Origin: an uncultured bacterium | GTDB lineage: Bacteria; Babelota; Babeliae; Babelales; Babelaceae | Assembly (NCBI GenBank): GCA_963848965.1 | Contig: CAWKFG010000001.1 | Span: forward strand, 544,001 to 608,000 | Direction of reading: 5' to 3' | Length of the DNA: 64,000 nt | In this document: positions 49,902-60,320 of the stretch, piece by piece | How the letters are laid out: every line of letters begins with the position of its first letter | Numbering within the stretch: the stretch's first letter is position 1 | Notes under the pieces: generated by a model | What the model saw: the letters and a program-made list of their open reading frames with translations, nothing else | What the model was told of the DNA's origin: nothing | Databases searched by the model: none | Position numbers and translations under genes: made by a program

Positions 49902-50909
49902 TTAACCCTTTGCTCCATGCTTCTTCAGTAATTCTACTATATCTTTAGCTCCTGTGTCTGCAGCCTCATGCAAAGCAGTTCTACCTTCGTTATCCTTTAC
50001 ATTAACATCAGCTCCTGATGCCAAGAGTATTTCTACTAGATCTTTACGGCGATATTGTACAGCAAGCATTAAAGCAGTTCGGCCATATTTATTTTGGCTA
50101 TTAACCTCTACACCTGCTTTAAGTAGTATTTGAACTATACCTTTAGGTCCTAATGCAGCTCGATGTAAAGCAGTAGAGCCATTATTATTTTTAGCATTAA
50201 CATCAGCTCCTGCCTTTATAAGCATTTCTACTATATTTGTATGTCCTTTTTCGGCAGCCCAATGTAAAGAAGTAAGACCATACTTATCATGAGCATTAAC
50301 ATCTGCTCCTGCATTGATAAGCATTTCTACTATATCTTTGCTTTCATCATATACAGCAATCATTAAGGCAGTACGTCCATTTATATCTCTAGCATTAACA
50401 TTAATACCTTTATCTAAAAAGTCTTTTACAGCTTTTATATCTCCTTTTGTTGCAGCAGCAATAAATCGTTTTTGCCTTAAGTATTCTAAAGCTCCTGGAG
50501 TATTAAGCTCTTGTGCTATATTTTCTAGTTCTTTAGAAGTATCTTTGATAGATAATTCTCTTATAAGAATACGATTAAAATCGAGATTGTTAAAAAGAAA
50601 TTCTAACTCTTTATCCTTGGATAAATCTTGTAGCGCAGCTAATGCATTATCATAGTTTGCATTCTTTATCTGCTCCAATTGCTGTTGTAAGGTATTAAGG
50701 GCTTGAGTAAAAGAAGATGAGCTTGAACGCTCTGCTGCTTCTTTTAATTTTTGCAATAACTCATCAATAGTAAAAACATTGCTTAAATTAGTAGTAAATC
50801 TACTAATCTCTTGTCTTAGCTCTTGCGGTAGGAGTTCTATATAAGTCTTCTGTTCCATTCCTAAGGTAGAAACATACCATCCTAGTACTATAACTAATAA
50901 TTTCTTCAC
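49902..50909 (-). CDS. F-box-like/ankyrin family member
   Basis: GTG start, signal, MEQKTYIELLPQEL, about 6 ankyrin repeats. Confidence 0.9.
   Translation of the reverse strand: MKKLLVIVLGWYVSTLGMEQKTYIELLPQELRQEISRFTTNLSNVFTIDELLQKLKEAAERSSSSSFTQALNTLQQQLEQIKNANYDNALAALQDLSKDKELEFLFNNLDFNRILIRELSIKDTSKELENIAQELNTPGALEYLRQKRFIAAATKGDIKAVKDFLDKGINVNARDINGRTALMIAVYDESKDIVEMLINAGADVNAHDKYGLTSLHWAAEKGHTNIVEMLIKAGADVNAKNNNGSTALHRAALGPKGIVQILLKAGVEVNSQNKYGRTALMLAVQYRRKDLVEILLASGADVNVKDNEGRTALHEAADTGAKDIVELLKKHGAKG
50391..50642. repeat. 252-bp perfect inverted repeat, arm 1
   Basis: Reverse complement matches 57447..57698 base for base by manual alignment. Confidence 0.9.
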
Positions 50910-51217
50910 TTTCTTTCTCCACAATTATTATCTCACATCTATAATTATTTATATTAGTAATTATAATACATAAATTAAAATAAAAGCAATAGTTATAGTG
51001 TTATCAACCTTTTCGATCAGCTCAATGAGAAACAGCAGCCAAACAAATCCCATGTCATATTTCTATACCTTACCAATCATAGCTATAGAGCAAGCTGCTC
51101 TGAAGTAGATATTAGTACCAATTATTATGATTTCCTTGAAATAGGGATAGTTATATAGTATTATGTCCTTATAAGAGAGAAATAATTTATAACTTTTATC
51201 CCCTTACAAAGGAAAAA

Positions 51218-52531
51218 ATGGAATTTAAGCAAGTTTTTAAAGAGCTTATTACTGATTTTCATGCCTCTCATCTTCCACATCCCATTAAAAGAGCTATAGC
51301 ATTGCCAATTTTACCTGATAATGTGCGTAAAGCTTTTGTATTTATAGGCATGAGACGGAGTGGCAAAACTTGGACTTTATATCAAATTATGCAAGACTTG
51401 ATAGCGCAAGGTATAGAGTTTTCTAAAATACTTTATCTTAATTTTGAAGATGAGCGTCTTATTGATATGCAGAAAGAGAACCTTCAAGATATCCTTATGG
51501 CTTACTTTGAACTTTATCCCCAGTATTTAAACAGATCGGATATTTACTTTTTCTTTGATGAAATTCATGAGGTGAGCGGATGGGAAAAATTTATTCGAAG
51601 GCTTTTGGATCAAGAAAAGGTTCAAATTTATGTAACTGGTTCTTCTTGCAAAATGTTAAGTAAGGAAATTGCCTCTGCTTTAAGAGGGAGAACCTTTGTT
51701 CAAGAGATCTTCCCCTTTAGCTTTAGTGAATATTTACAGAAACTCAACATAGCAATTCCCAAAACAATTGGAACAAAAGCAAAGATTGAGCTCGTACATC
51801 ATCTTAGGAATTTTCTGCAAAGGGGCGGCTTTCCTGAAGTTATAGGCACTTCTCCAGAAGTCCATCGTCAAATCCTTCAAGAATATATTTCTTCAGTTAT
51901 CTATCGTGATATTATTGACCGTTATGGTATAAGTAACTCACATGTTTTAAAACAGCTTCTAACCCATTGTTTAAGAAATAGCTCAAGAATTTTTAGTATC
52001 AATAAAATGTATCTTGCCTTCAAATCAATGGGATATGAAATTAGCAAAAATACGCTCTACGACTATATGTCCTATTTTGAAGATGCATACTGCGTTTTTT
52101 CTTTAAATAAATTTGATTTATCTTATCGGAAAGCTGCCTATAGTATGAAAAAGATATTTGCTATTGACCAAGGGCTTATAACCGCAGTAACAATGGCAAG
52201 CCATTTTGATTTATCCGCTCAATTAGAAACGGCAGTGTTTGCGCATTTTCGTCGTAAATCGAGCACTATCAGTTACTATCGATCCAAGGATGATAAAGAG
52301 GTGGATTTTCTTATAGTGCTAGTAGATCATTCTATCTCTCTTTTTCAAGTTTGCCTATCATTAAAAGATGAGAATACTAAACAGAGAGAAATTAATTCTC
52401 TTTTAATTGCAATGAAGGAACTCAAGGTAGGTTATGGTACTATTATAACTCTTGAAGAAGAAGGAGAAATTCAAAGTCCAGAGGGCATAATCTCTCTGAT
52501 ACCTGCTTTTAAAATACTCCTTGAGCAATGA
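51218..52531 (+). CDS. AAA_14/DUF4143 ATPase, second subfamily
   Basis: GMRRSGKT, NFEDER, FFDEIH, VTGS, GGFPE, KKIFAIDQG, EVDF..FQV. Confidence 0.9.
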   Translation: MEFKQVFKELITDFHASHLPHPIKRAIALPILPDNVRKAFVFIGMRRSGKTWTLYQIMQDLIAQGIEFSKILYLNFEDERLIDMQKENLQDILMAYFELYPQYLNRSDIYFFFDEIHEVSGWEKFIRRLLDQEKVQIYVTGSSCKMLSKEIASALRGRTFVQEIFPFSFSEYLQKLNIAIPKTIGTKAKIELVHHLRNFLQRGGFPEVIGTSPEVHRQILQEYISSVIYRDIIDRYGISNSHVLKQLLTHCLRNSSRIFSINKMYLAFKSMGYEISKNTLYDYMSYFEDAYCVFSLNKFDLSYRKAAYSMKKIFAIDQGLITAVTMASHFDLSAQLETAVFAHFRRKSSTISYYRSKDDKEVDFLIVLVDHSISLFQVCLSLKDENTKQREINSLLIAMKELKVGYGTIITLEEEGEIQSPEGIISLIPAFKILLEQ

Positions 52532-52654
52532 TAAATAATCTTTTGTCATCCCTTTGTTTTGTAACTTTTATACTATTAATTATAATTATATTTTATATCA
52601 GAATAAAAATCAATGTAACAGAGAAATACAGATAACAGAAGCAAGCTGACAGTA

Positions 52655-54754
52655 TTAATGAAAGAACTTAATACCAAGATTATCTAAAAATAGGGGGTTA
52701 ATTATCTGTATGTCTGGATACCTATCTTTAAAGGCTTCCTTAACCTGCTCAAGTTTTTTGGCAGCTTCAAGGAATTCGCTGCTATATTTACCTAAGAGGA
52801 GAAGCATGTTTTTAAGATCGCCTTGAGCTGCTGCTACTTCCAGCACTAGTACTATTTTCTTAATAGAGCCAATCTTGGCTCCTTGAGCTAGAAGTAATTT
52901 TGCTACCTCAAAATTACTCTTTAATAAAGCATAAAAGAGTGCGGTATTGCCTTCTTTATCCTTGAGGTTTATACCACTGCCACAGGTATTAATAAATGTA
53001 CCAGGCTGAGTTTTGTTTCTTAGATAAATTAATGCTTTAACACAGTCATCTCTACCACATACTATAGCATACATCAATGCTGTTTTTCCCCATTGATCCT
53101 GTGCATTAATGTACCATTGTGGCATAGTAGTCAAACTGAGTACTCCAAGGGTATACCCTCGTATACAGCATCTATGAAGTGCCGTTTGCTCTGTCTGTTC
53201 ATCGCGTAAATGAGGATGTTCTGCTGTTATTGCATGTACACAGTGCTCATGTAAGTTAGTAAACTCATTCACATTAATGCTATTGTTTTCAATACAGGTT
53301 GGTAGAATACGTGCTACTTCTCTTTGCAAAACATCACAAAGAAAGCCATTGCTGTTGTGCCTTATCTCGGTCTCGGCTTCAAAAGTCTTTATGTTTGCTC
53401 CAAGGTTGTTCTCTATAAGTTTGACTATGTTCATATCTATTGGAGCTAGTGCGATATATATTTTTTGGTTTAAGATTAAACTGAGTATATCAAGTCTTCC
53501 ATGCTTAAAGATACTGTTAATACACGCACTATCTAAGCTTATATGGCTAAATGTGTGGACTAAGGCTCTGATTATCATTTCAATAGTTTCTAGTGATTTA
53601 TTAGTAGTAATAGCAAAGCTTAGGAGCACTTGGTTGTAATTAATAACCTGAATAGTTGGCGGTGCTCCGAATGAGAGAAACTTTCTCACTAACTGAGGCT
53701 TGTCAAACTTTACTGCATTAACAAGCCCATTGGCAAGCAGCTGTATTCTATCGGGAGAACCCATAGGATAATAGTCTAAAAATCTATTTATGATGTCTTC
53801 ATAATCTTGCTCTATAGCATATCCTATGATAGACATATTTCTACTATTATTACTATCATTATAGTCAATCACAAAACTAGGGTACTCTAGTAAGAGCTCA
53901 GCTACTTTTTTATGCTTATTTTCTAAAGCTATCATTAAGAGGCTCTTACCATCAGGTCCCTTTAGAGTGCAATCAGCTCCTGCATATAATAAAAAGCTTA
54001 CCTTTTCTACCTCACCGGTTATTACTGTACAAAGAAGGTACTCGTTTAAAATCTTTTGACCAGATTCGCCGTATTGTTGTAAAATAGCTCTAATAGCACT
54101 ACCATTACAAGCTTCTATCGCATCGCCTATAATACGTTGTAGTGGGTGTTTTTCTGGGCCCTGAGTTTCTTTTTTAGGTTGTAGTCGTTTATAATCAAGC
54201 AATAAGTTAACTACATCTTCACGACCGTGTTCTGCAGCTATTTCTACGGCACTCTTACCATTTTCTTTAAAATTCTGGTCAGCACCTAAATCAAGCAACT
54301 GACGAATTTTAGCTACTGTCATTTTCCGTCTAATTCCACTAACCAGTAATGAATTAATTAAAAAAGGATTTCGCGCTAGCAGCTCTTTAAATAAAGTAAG
54401 ATTTGAAAGCTCGAATGCCCTTTCTAGTCTTGTTAAATCATTAATCCCAGGAGCAACCGTAGCCCACAATGTTTCAAATGCCTTTTTTTGCCCTTCTGCC
54501 AATGGCGCAGGAGTTTCCTCAGAAGATTGACTATCTTCTGAGTCTTCATCATCAGACAAGTGGGGTATTACAAGACTATCTTCAGAGCTTGAAGCTTGTT
54601 CATCAGAGGAGTTATTATGTTCAGAATCGCTCTCAGAAGCCATTTCATCATGCAATCTTTTTATACCGTGAGCATCCAGATTTTTTTCCATGGCACTACT
54701 ACCATAAGAAATACTTATAATGCCCAAGAATAGTATTACATACTTTGTTACCAC
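52655..54754 (-). CDS. Large secreted ankyrin-repeat protein with an acidic Ser/Glu/Asp tract
   Basis: Signal then MEK; GKSAVEIAAEHG, QTALHR, GKTALMYA, GNTALFYA. Confidence 0.85.
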   Translation of the reverse strand: MVTKYVILFLGIISISYGSSAMEKNLDAHGIKRLHDEMASESDSEHNNSSDEQASSSEDSLVIPHLSDDEDSEDSQSSEETPAPLAEGQKKAFETLWATVAPGINDLTRLERAFELSNLTLFKELLARNPFLINSLLVSGIRRKMTVAKIRQLLDLGADQNFKENGKSAVEIAAEHGREDVVNLLLDYKRLQPKKETQGPEKHPLQRIIGDAIEACNGSAIRAILQQYGESGQKILNEYLLCTVITGEVEKVSFLLYAGADCTLKGPDGKSLLMIALENKHKKVAELLLEYPSFVIDYNDSNNSRNMSIIGYAIEQDYEDIINRFLDYYPMGSPDRIQLLANGLVNAVKFDKPQLVRKFLSFGAPPTIQVINYNQVLLSFAITTNKSLETIEMIIRALVHTFSHISLDSACINSIFKHGRLDILSLILNQKIYIALAPIDMNIVKLIENNLGANIKTFEAETEIRHNSNGFLCDVLQREVARILPTCIENNSINVNEFTNLHEHCVHAITAEHPHLRDEQTEQTALHRCCIRGYTLGVLSLTTMPQWYINAQDQWGKTALMYAIVCGRDDCVKALIYLRNKTQPGTFINTCGSGINLKDKEGNTALFYALLKSNFEVAKLLLAQGAKIGSIKKIVLVLEVAAAQGDLKNMLLLLGKYSSEFLEAAKKLEQVKEAFKDRYPDIQIINPLFLDNLGIKFFH

Positions 54755-55209
54755 AATTATTTACCTTATATTATAAGAAGATGAACTTTATCAAATAATA
54801 GAGAGTATTAGTATATGATATAAATTCCTGATTGACAAGGCAAATATTGGCACTAGTTTCAATTGCACAATAAAAACGTGCTTTATCAAAAACATACAAT
54901 AACCAAAAAGTAAGTATTCTCAAAAAGATTTAATACAAAATAGCTTCTTGATAAATATAATTCTTTATGTTGCACCATACTTTTTAAGAAGTTCTACCAT
55001 ATATTTCTAACAAGAAAGACACTATAGATCAACCAACTCAAGAATGTACTTAAAGTGACCACAGAGAGCCAATTTAGAAATAACTAGCTTTTTTGTATAG
55101 GCCCATTTAAGAACAAAGCTGCTATAATTGACTTAAATATGCACACCGCTATACTTAAAATAATTCGCATATGAAAATAAAAACTAGAAGATAATCAAAG
55201 GATATAGCA

Positions 55210-56050
55210 ATGAAAAGGATACTAGTTGTAACACTCGTAGGATGGTCTATCTCTATTCTAGGTATGGAGCCTAAAACTTATTTAGAACTTTTACCTCAAG
55301 ATCTGAGGCAAGAGCTTGCTAAATTCACTACCAATTTAGAAAATGTTTTTACTATTAAGAAGTTACAAGAAAAACTAGGTGAAATAGAACAAAGAGTGGT
55401 GCATCTTAAGGGTTTATCTTCTTTAGTACAAGCTCTTAATACCTTACAACAACAATTAGAGCTTATAAAAAATGCAAAGTATGAAGATGCATTAGCTTTA
55501 ATAAAAGAATTATCTCAAAATAAAGGATTAGAATCCTTTTTTAATAATCCTGATTTTATTAGAATTATTATACACACGCTATGGCCTAAAGCACTTAGGG
55601 AAGGAAAGTACAACATTCAAGAAGGAAATATAGCACAAGAGCTTAATACACCAGGAGCTTTAGAATACTCAAAGCAATTACAATTTATTAAAGCAGCACA
55701 TAAAGGAGACATAAAAACAGTGCAAGAATTTTTAAGTAAAGGTATTAATGTTAATGCTAAAGCTATCCTTGGCACCACTGCTTTAATGTCTGCTGGATAT
55801 GGTAGGAAAGATATAGTTCAAATGCTTCTGGCGCATAAAGCAGATGTTAATGCTCAAGATCACAGTGGGCAGACTGCATTAATATATGCTGCATTGCGTG
55901 GAGATAAAAATATAGTAGAAGTGCTTATAGTGCAAGGGTGCAGATGTTAATGCTAAAGATAATGATGGTCATACTGCTTTAACGTGGGCAGCTACTTATG
56001 AACATAAAGATATAGTAGCATTGCTTAAAAAGCACGGGTCTAAAGAGTAA
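55210..56050 (+). pseudogene. F-box-like/ankyrin family member with a +1 frameshift near 55937
   Basis: After CAAGGGTGCAG the shifted frame gives [37 protein letters not shown]. Confidence 0.85.
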
Positions 56051-56339
56051 TAAAAGCAAAAAATATTCAAGCAGCTCTACTCTATTCCTTTCTATTCTAT
56101 TCCTTGTGTGCTTCTTATAGTCTCCAGGCTCCCAAAGAGCCCTGAAACTAGTGTTTACAGCCAAAGACGCGGACATCCAATAATCATTCGTTATTATTGG
56201 CAAAAGCACAAAAGTTGTCTTTGCAAAAAAAACATATGTGCAAAATAGCGAGTATACTTCTCAACACAACAGCTGATTCAAAAACACTTTAAATAACTTA
56301 AATTTTGCTTATACTCATATACTATACAAAGGAACTCTT

Positions 56340-56879
56340 ATGATATACAAGTACTCTCTGACCCTTGCTCTTCTTGGTGCTTTTGCTTCCAGCTATAGCA
56401 TGGAACACATGAACCAACACTTAGAAAATCTAAAAAGGCTTGATCCTGAAGGAGTATATGCGTTTATGCACACTCTTATTTTATATTATAGTAATGATAT
56501 AGAAGCTCTCTATCAATCACAAAACATTGAAACCTCGTATCTTAAGTCATTACCATTAGATCTTAACCGAGAACTTATGTGCTACAGAATTCTTGCTATG
56601 TTAGAGGATTTCGATAGGTTCCGCATGCTAGACAACAGTGATATCGTAGCATACCTTACAACAGCACTTACTAGTATCAATCCTCGCATACCATTTCAAC
56701 TTCTTGGCCTACAAAATAATGCTTCTGCAGCAGAAATAGCGACAGCATTTAAGCAACTTGCTCGCCAATGGCACCCGGATAAACATACAAGAAGTACCGA
56801 AAAAGAAAAAGAGCTCGCAATTGCTCGTTTTAAACTTTATAATGCTTGTAGAGAGTTTTGCTTATTAAGAGCACAATAA
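56340..56879 (+). CDS. Secreted F-box-like + J-domain protein
   Basis: Signal then MEH; SYLKSLPLDLNREL; LLGL..ASAAEIATAFKQLARQWHPDK. Confidence 0.85.
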   Translation: MIYKYSLTLALLGAFASSYSMEHMNQHLENLKRLDPEGVYAFMHTLILYYSNDIEALYQSQNIETSYLKSLPLDLNRELMCYRILAMLEDFDRFRMLDNSDIVAYLTTALTSINPRIPFQLLGLQNNASAAEIATAFKQLARQWHPDKHTRSTEKEKELAIARFKLYNACREFCLLRAQ

Positions 56880-57155
56880 TCTCTATTCTTTTATATTATT
56901 GTCTTCCCTGTTTATTATCAGTCTTAAAGCTGTATTGCCACCTATACCTCGAACCTTTTTAACTCATAGGCTAACTGGTGATGAAGAAATAAGTTAATAT
57001 GGCAATACTAATCATCCGTCAATAAAACTGTAATACTTTTTTCATAAATTAATTCAAATAATTAATATAATTGACTTATGTTGACATAAATTGTTATGTT
57101 AAAAAAAATTTATCAGCTAAATTTTTACATAAAAAGATAAAAATAATTAAAGGAT

Positions 57156-58093
57156 ATGATAATGAAAAAGATACTAGTAGCTGGAGTAATAATAGGATGG
57201 TCTGTTTTTACCGTAAGTATGCAGCAAAAGACGTATTTAGATATTTTACCACAAGAGCTTAGACAAGAACTTGTTAAATTTACTACTCATTTAAAAGGTA
57301 TACATACCTTGTATGAGTTACCAGAAAAACTAAGAGAAATACAACAAAGGGCGGCACAGCTTAAGAGTTTCTCTTCATTAGTACAAGCTATCAATAACCT
57401 GCGGCAGCAATTAGACCTTATTAAGACTGCAAACTATGATAATGCTTTAGCTGCGCTACAAGATTTATCCAAGGATAAAGAGTTAGAATTTCTTTTTAAC
57501 AATCTCGATTTTAATCGTATTCTTATAAGAGAATTATCTATCAAAGATACTTCTAAAGAACTAGAAAATATAGCACAAGAGCTTAATACTCCAGGAGCTT
57601 TAGAATACTTAAGGCAAAAACGATTTATTGCTGCTGCAACAAAAGGAGATATAAAAGCTGTAAAAGACTTTTTAGATAAAGGTATTAATGTTAATGCTCA
57701 AGATGTTAGTGACTATACTGCTTTAATAATAGCTGCAGCTCATGGAGATAAAGATATAGTAAAGATGCTACTTGCATCCGGTGCTGATGTTAATGCTCAT
57801 GATAAGTATGGTCTTACTTCTTTACATTGGGCTGCCGAAAAAGGGCATAAAGAAATAGTAGAGATGCTTCTTAAGGCAGGTGCAGATGTTAATGCTCGAG
57901 ATATGTATGGCCGTACAGCTTTAATGATTGCTGCAAATGATGAAAGACACAAAATATAGCAGAAATGCTTATCAATGCAGGAGCAGATGTTAATGCTCAA
58001 AGTAATGATGGTCAGACTGCTTTAATGTTTGCTACTGAAAAGAATTATAAAGATATAGTAGAACTACTTAAGCGTCATGGCGCACGGAAATAA
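57156..58093 (+). pseudogene. F-box-like/ankyrin family member with a -1 frameshift near 57952
   Basis: The shifted frame continues NIAEMLINAGADVNAQSNDGQTALMFATEKNYKDIVELLKRHGARK*. Confidence 0.85.
57447..57698. repeat. 252-bp perfect inverted repeat, arm 2
   Basis: Matches the reverse complement of 50391..50642. Confidence 0.9.
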
Positions 58094-58204
58094 AAATTCA
58101 ATTTACTAGAAAACTGTATACTTCCCTACTTTTGAAGGAGGCCATACATATTTCTTGCTATGTATAAAATGTATCAAATCAGCAGTATGAGGAATCTTAT
58201 TAGT

Positions 58205-59446
58205 CTAGTGCTGAGATTCTTTTACATGAGGCATACACACTTTTTTATGATTAGGCCAATCTTTAGCTTGGCATTCTATACTGCAATAACGTACCTTTTT
58301 GCACTTTCCGCAGACCTGAATCTTGTGAACTGTTCGAGTATTAAGACAGACCTGGCATGAACGGACGTCTTTTTCGGGGTTATTTTTCAAGAAGTTTTCA
58401 ATTACGTTTACTAATCCTCTAGAAAAGGCATTTATGTCCCCATGAACGTGAAAGAGCATAGTCCGCAACTGCTTTCTTAGTGTTATTCCTTTGACCATAG
58501 AATACCCTAGCTTTTTTAAAACGGGGATAAAACCTTGTATATGATCTTCGCCACCGATAAAGATAACTCGCCAGTATGCTGCTTTTTGAGCATCAAGGAT
58601 TTTATCAAGAAAGCATGCGTTTGCAAAGTTTTCATCAAGCTCAGAAAGTAAGATTTTAGCTATAACCTCAGTGTAAAGTGTAAGTGCTTGCTGAGCGGTA
58701 GAGCATCGATTCAACAGCTCAACACTGGCAATTTCAAAAAGCTGCTGAAGATCTTTATCTCTTGTAAGAAAGAAATACGCTTTGTTCTTGGCTTCTTGGT
58801 ATTCAGTTAAAGTACGCATAAAAAAGGGCCCAACATCTTTTTCATTGCGGTATTTTTTGACAAGATCTTCAAGGATGCGCTGATTTTTTTCAAGGTCGTT
58901 AAGATATACTTCAACAGTAACATCTTGAGTGAGATTCTGTGCTTGAGCATTCAGTTGATTTTTAAAGTCTGTCCAGAAAGTAGAAAATGAATCGCACTCA
59001 AAAGATTTTTCAATAACATCTAAAATGGTTTGTGCTACTCCTGTAAGGACACTACTTGGTCTTGATCGAGGCTCGTAAGGGATAAACTTTATTTTATCCA
59101 AAAGTTGAGACGCTTGCTTACTAAGTTCCTTAAATGTAGTATGTATAATGACATTTGAAGCTAAGGTATTCTTTTGTATAGCAAAGAAATAGGGCTCTTC
59201 CATTGCTAAAATACAGGGAATAGGAGCTGAGATTGTTTCTTGCTTTACGAGGTTTGTTAAAGTGTTTACATGCAAAATGTTAGTAGTATACAACAGCTCT
59301 GAAGAATGCTCTATATCACCTAAAAGAAGAATCTGCTGTCCCTGCTCGTTAGTAAAGAGGTAGTATGAAATAAAAGGATACACCGATATAGGTATGCAAG
59401 AAAGAGAAAATAACATAGTGATTAATAAGTAGCGCACTTTATTCAT
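58205..59446 (-). CDS. Secreted protein with a C-terminal MYND zinc finger and possible EreA/TIKI-like domain
   Basis: CQVC..CGKCKKVRYCSIECQAKDWPNHKKVC; ILLLGDIEH and IFIGGEDH. Confidence 0.8.
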   Translation of the reverse strand: MNKVRYLLITMLFSLSCIPISVYPFISYYLFTNEQGQQILLLGDIEHSSELLYTTNILHVNTLTNLVKQETISAPIPCILAMEEPYFFAIQKNTLASNVIIHTTFKELSKQASQLLDKIKFIPYEPRSRPSSVLTGVAQTILDVIEKSFECDSFSTFWTDFKNQLNAQAQNLTQDVTVEVYLNDLEKNQRILEDLVKKYRNEKDVGPFFMRTLTEYQEAKNKAYFFLTRDKDLQQLFEIASVELLNRCSTAQQALTLYTEVIAKILLSELDENFANACFLDKILDAQKAAYWRVIFIGGEDHIQGFIPVLKKLGYSMVKGITLRKQLRTMLFHVHGDINAFSRGLVNVIENFLKNNPEKDVRSCQVCLNTRTVHKIQVCGKCKKVRYCSIECQAKDWPNHKKVCMPHVKESQH

Positions 59447-59857
59447 GATTTTCCTTATCGAGAATTGAGATCTTACGTGCTGTTTAATAAGCCTATAGCT
59501 TTATCATTTCTACAAATGGGCTGTATCTTTACTTAAAAAGCTAGCACCGTACTTTTGAAGAAGCTCTACAACGTCTTTGTGCCTTCCTCAGGATGCATTA
59601 ATAAACATACTGCCACTGTCAAAACTACTTTATTCATATCTAAAAATACCTTTGATTAACTATTTACAGTTTTATATTATATAACAAATAGGAAATATGC
59701 GCAAATCGTTCTTTTATGCCCTAAAATTGGTAATCACTCTTGTCTTTTCATTCCTAGATTTAGTTATTCTTAGGCAGCATAATTATAGTATACTTGAAAT
59801 ATAAAGTTAATATATGATATTTTATAATAAAATAATAAAAGTTAAAGGAAAATTATT

Positions 59858-60304
59858 ATGAAGACATCTTTTATTAAAGCTTGTATACTGCTGACAACCT
59901 TTTCTTCCGTATACGGCATGGAAAAAATTAAGGAAAAACTATTTCCTAAAAGCAAAGAGAAAAGAGAACGGCCGGCAGCAGAACTTCCTCTAGAAGAGCA
60001 AATTCAGAACGAATTTACCAAAAGAGCTGCAGTTGCACATGGACAAGGAAGAAATATGAATCAAGACGACCTTATGCTTATTTTCTTTCCCTTGCGCCCA
60101 AGTCTTGCACAGGAACAGCGGGTAACAGTTGAAGTAGTCGATACTATTATAGGACAAATTAAAAAGCATTTTCCAGATTGGTCACTTGATAAAATACATG
60201 ATCTCTTAATACAGTATCTTCCAACACGCGAGTTTACCTATTTTAATAATTTTCTTTCGCGCAGGATTAAAAAATACAAAGCTAGCAAGATCAATGGTGC
60301 GTAA
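59858..60304 (+). CDS. Secreted hypothetical protein, paralog of the next gene
   Basis: Signal then MEK; DDLMLIFFPLRPS and PTREFTYFN align with the neighbour. Confidence 0.75.
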   Translation: MKTSFIKACILLTTFSSVYGMEKIKEKLFPKSKEKRERPAAELPLEEQIQNEFTKRAAVAHGQGRNMNQDDLMLIFFPLRPSLAQEQRVTVEVVDTIIGQIKKHFPDWSLDKIHDLLIQYLPTREFTYFNNFLSRRIKKYKASKINGA

Positions 60305-60320
60305 TAGGAGGCCTAAAACA

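Noticed and set aside
29443..55950. CaaX prenylation motifs (CFFG in the RBR; CVGT in frameshifted 38762; GCRC in frameshifted 55210)
   Set aside because: The RBR Cys is probably a zinc ligand; the others arise only from frameshift tails
31753..59857. Canonical 28-bp dif site
   Set aside because: XerD-arm-like strings (44520 TTATGTTAAAA, 41333 ATTTTACATAA, 57094 TTATGTTAAAA) lack an XerC arm at 6-bp spacing
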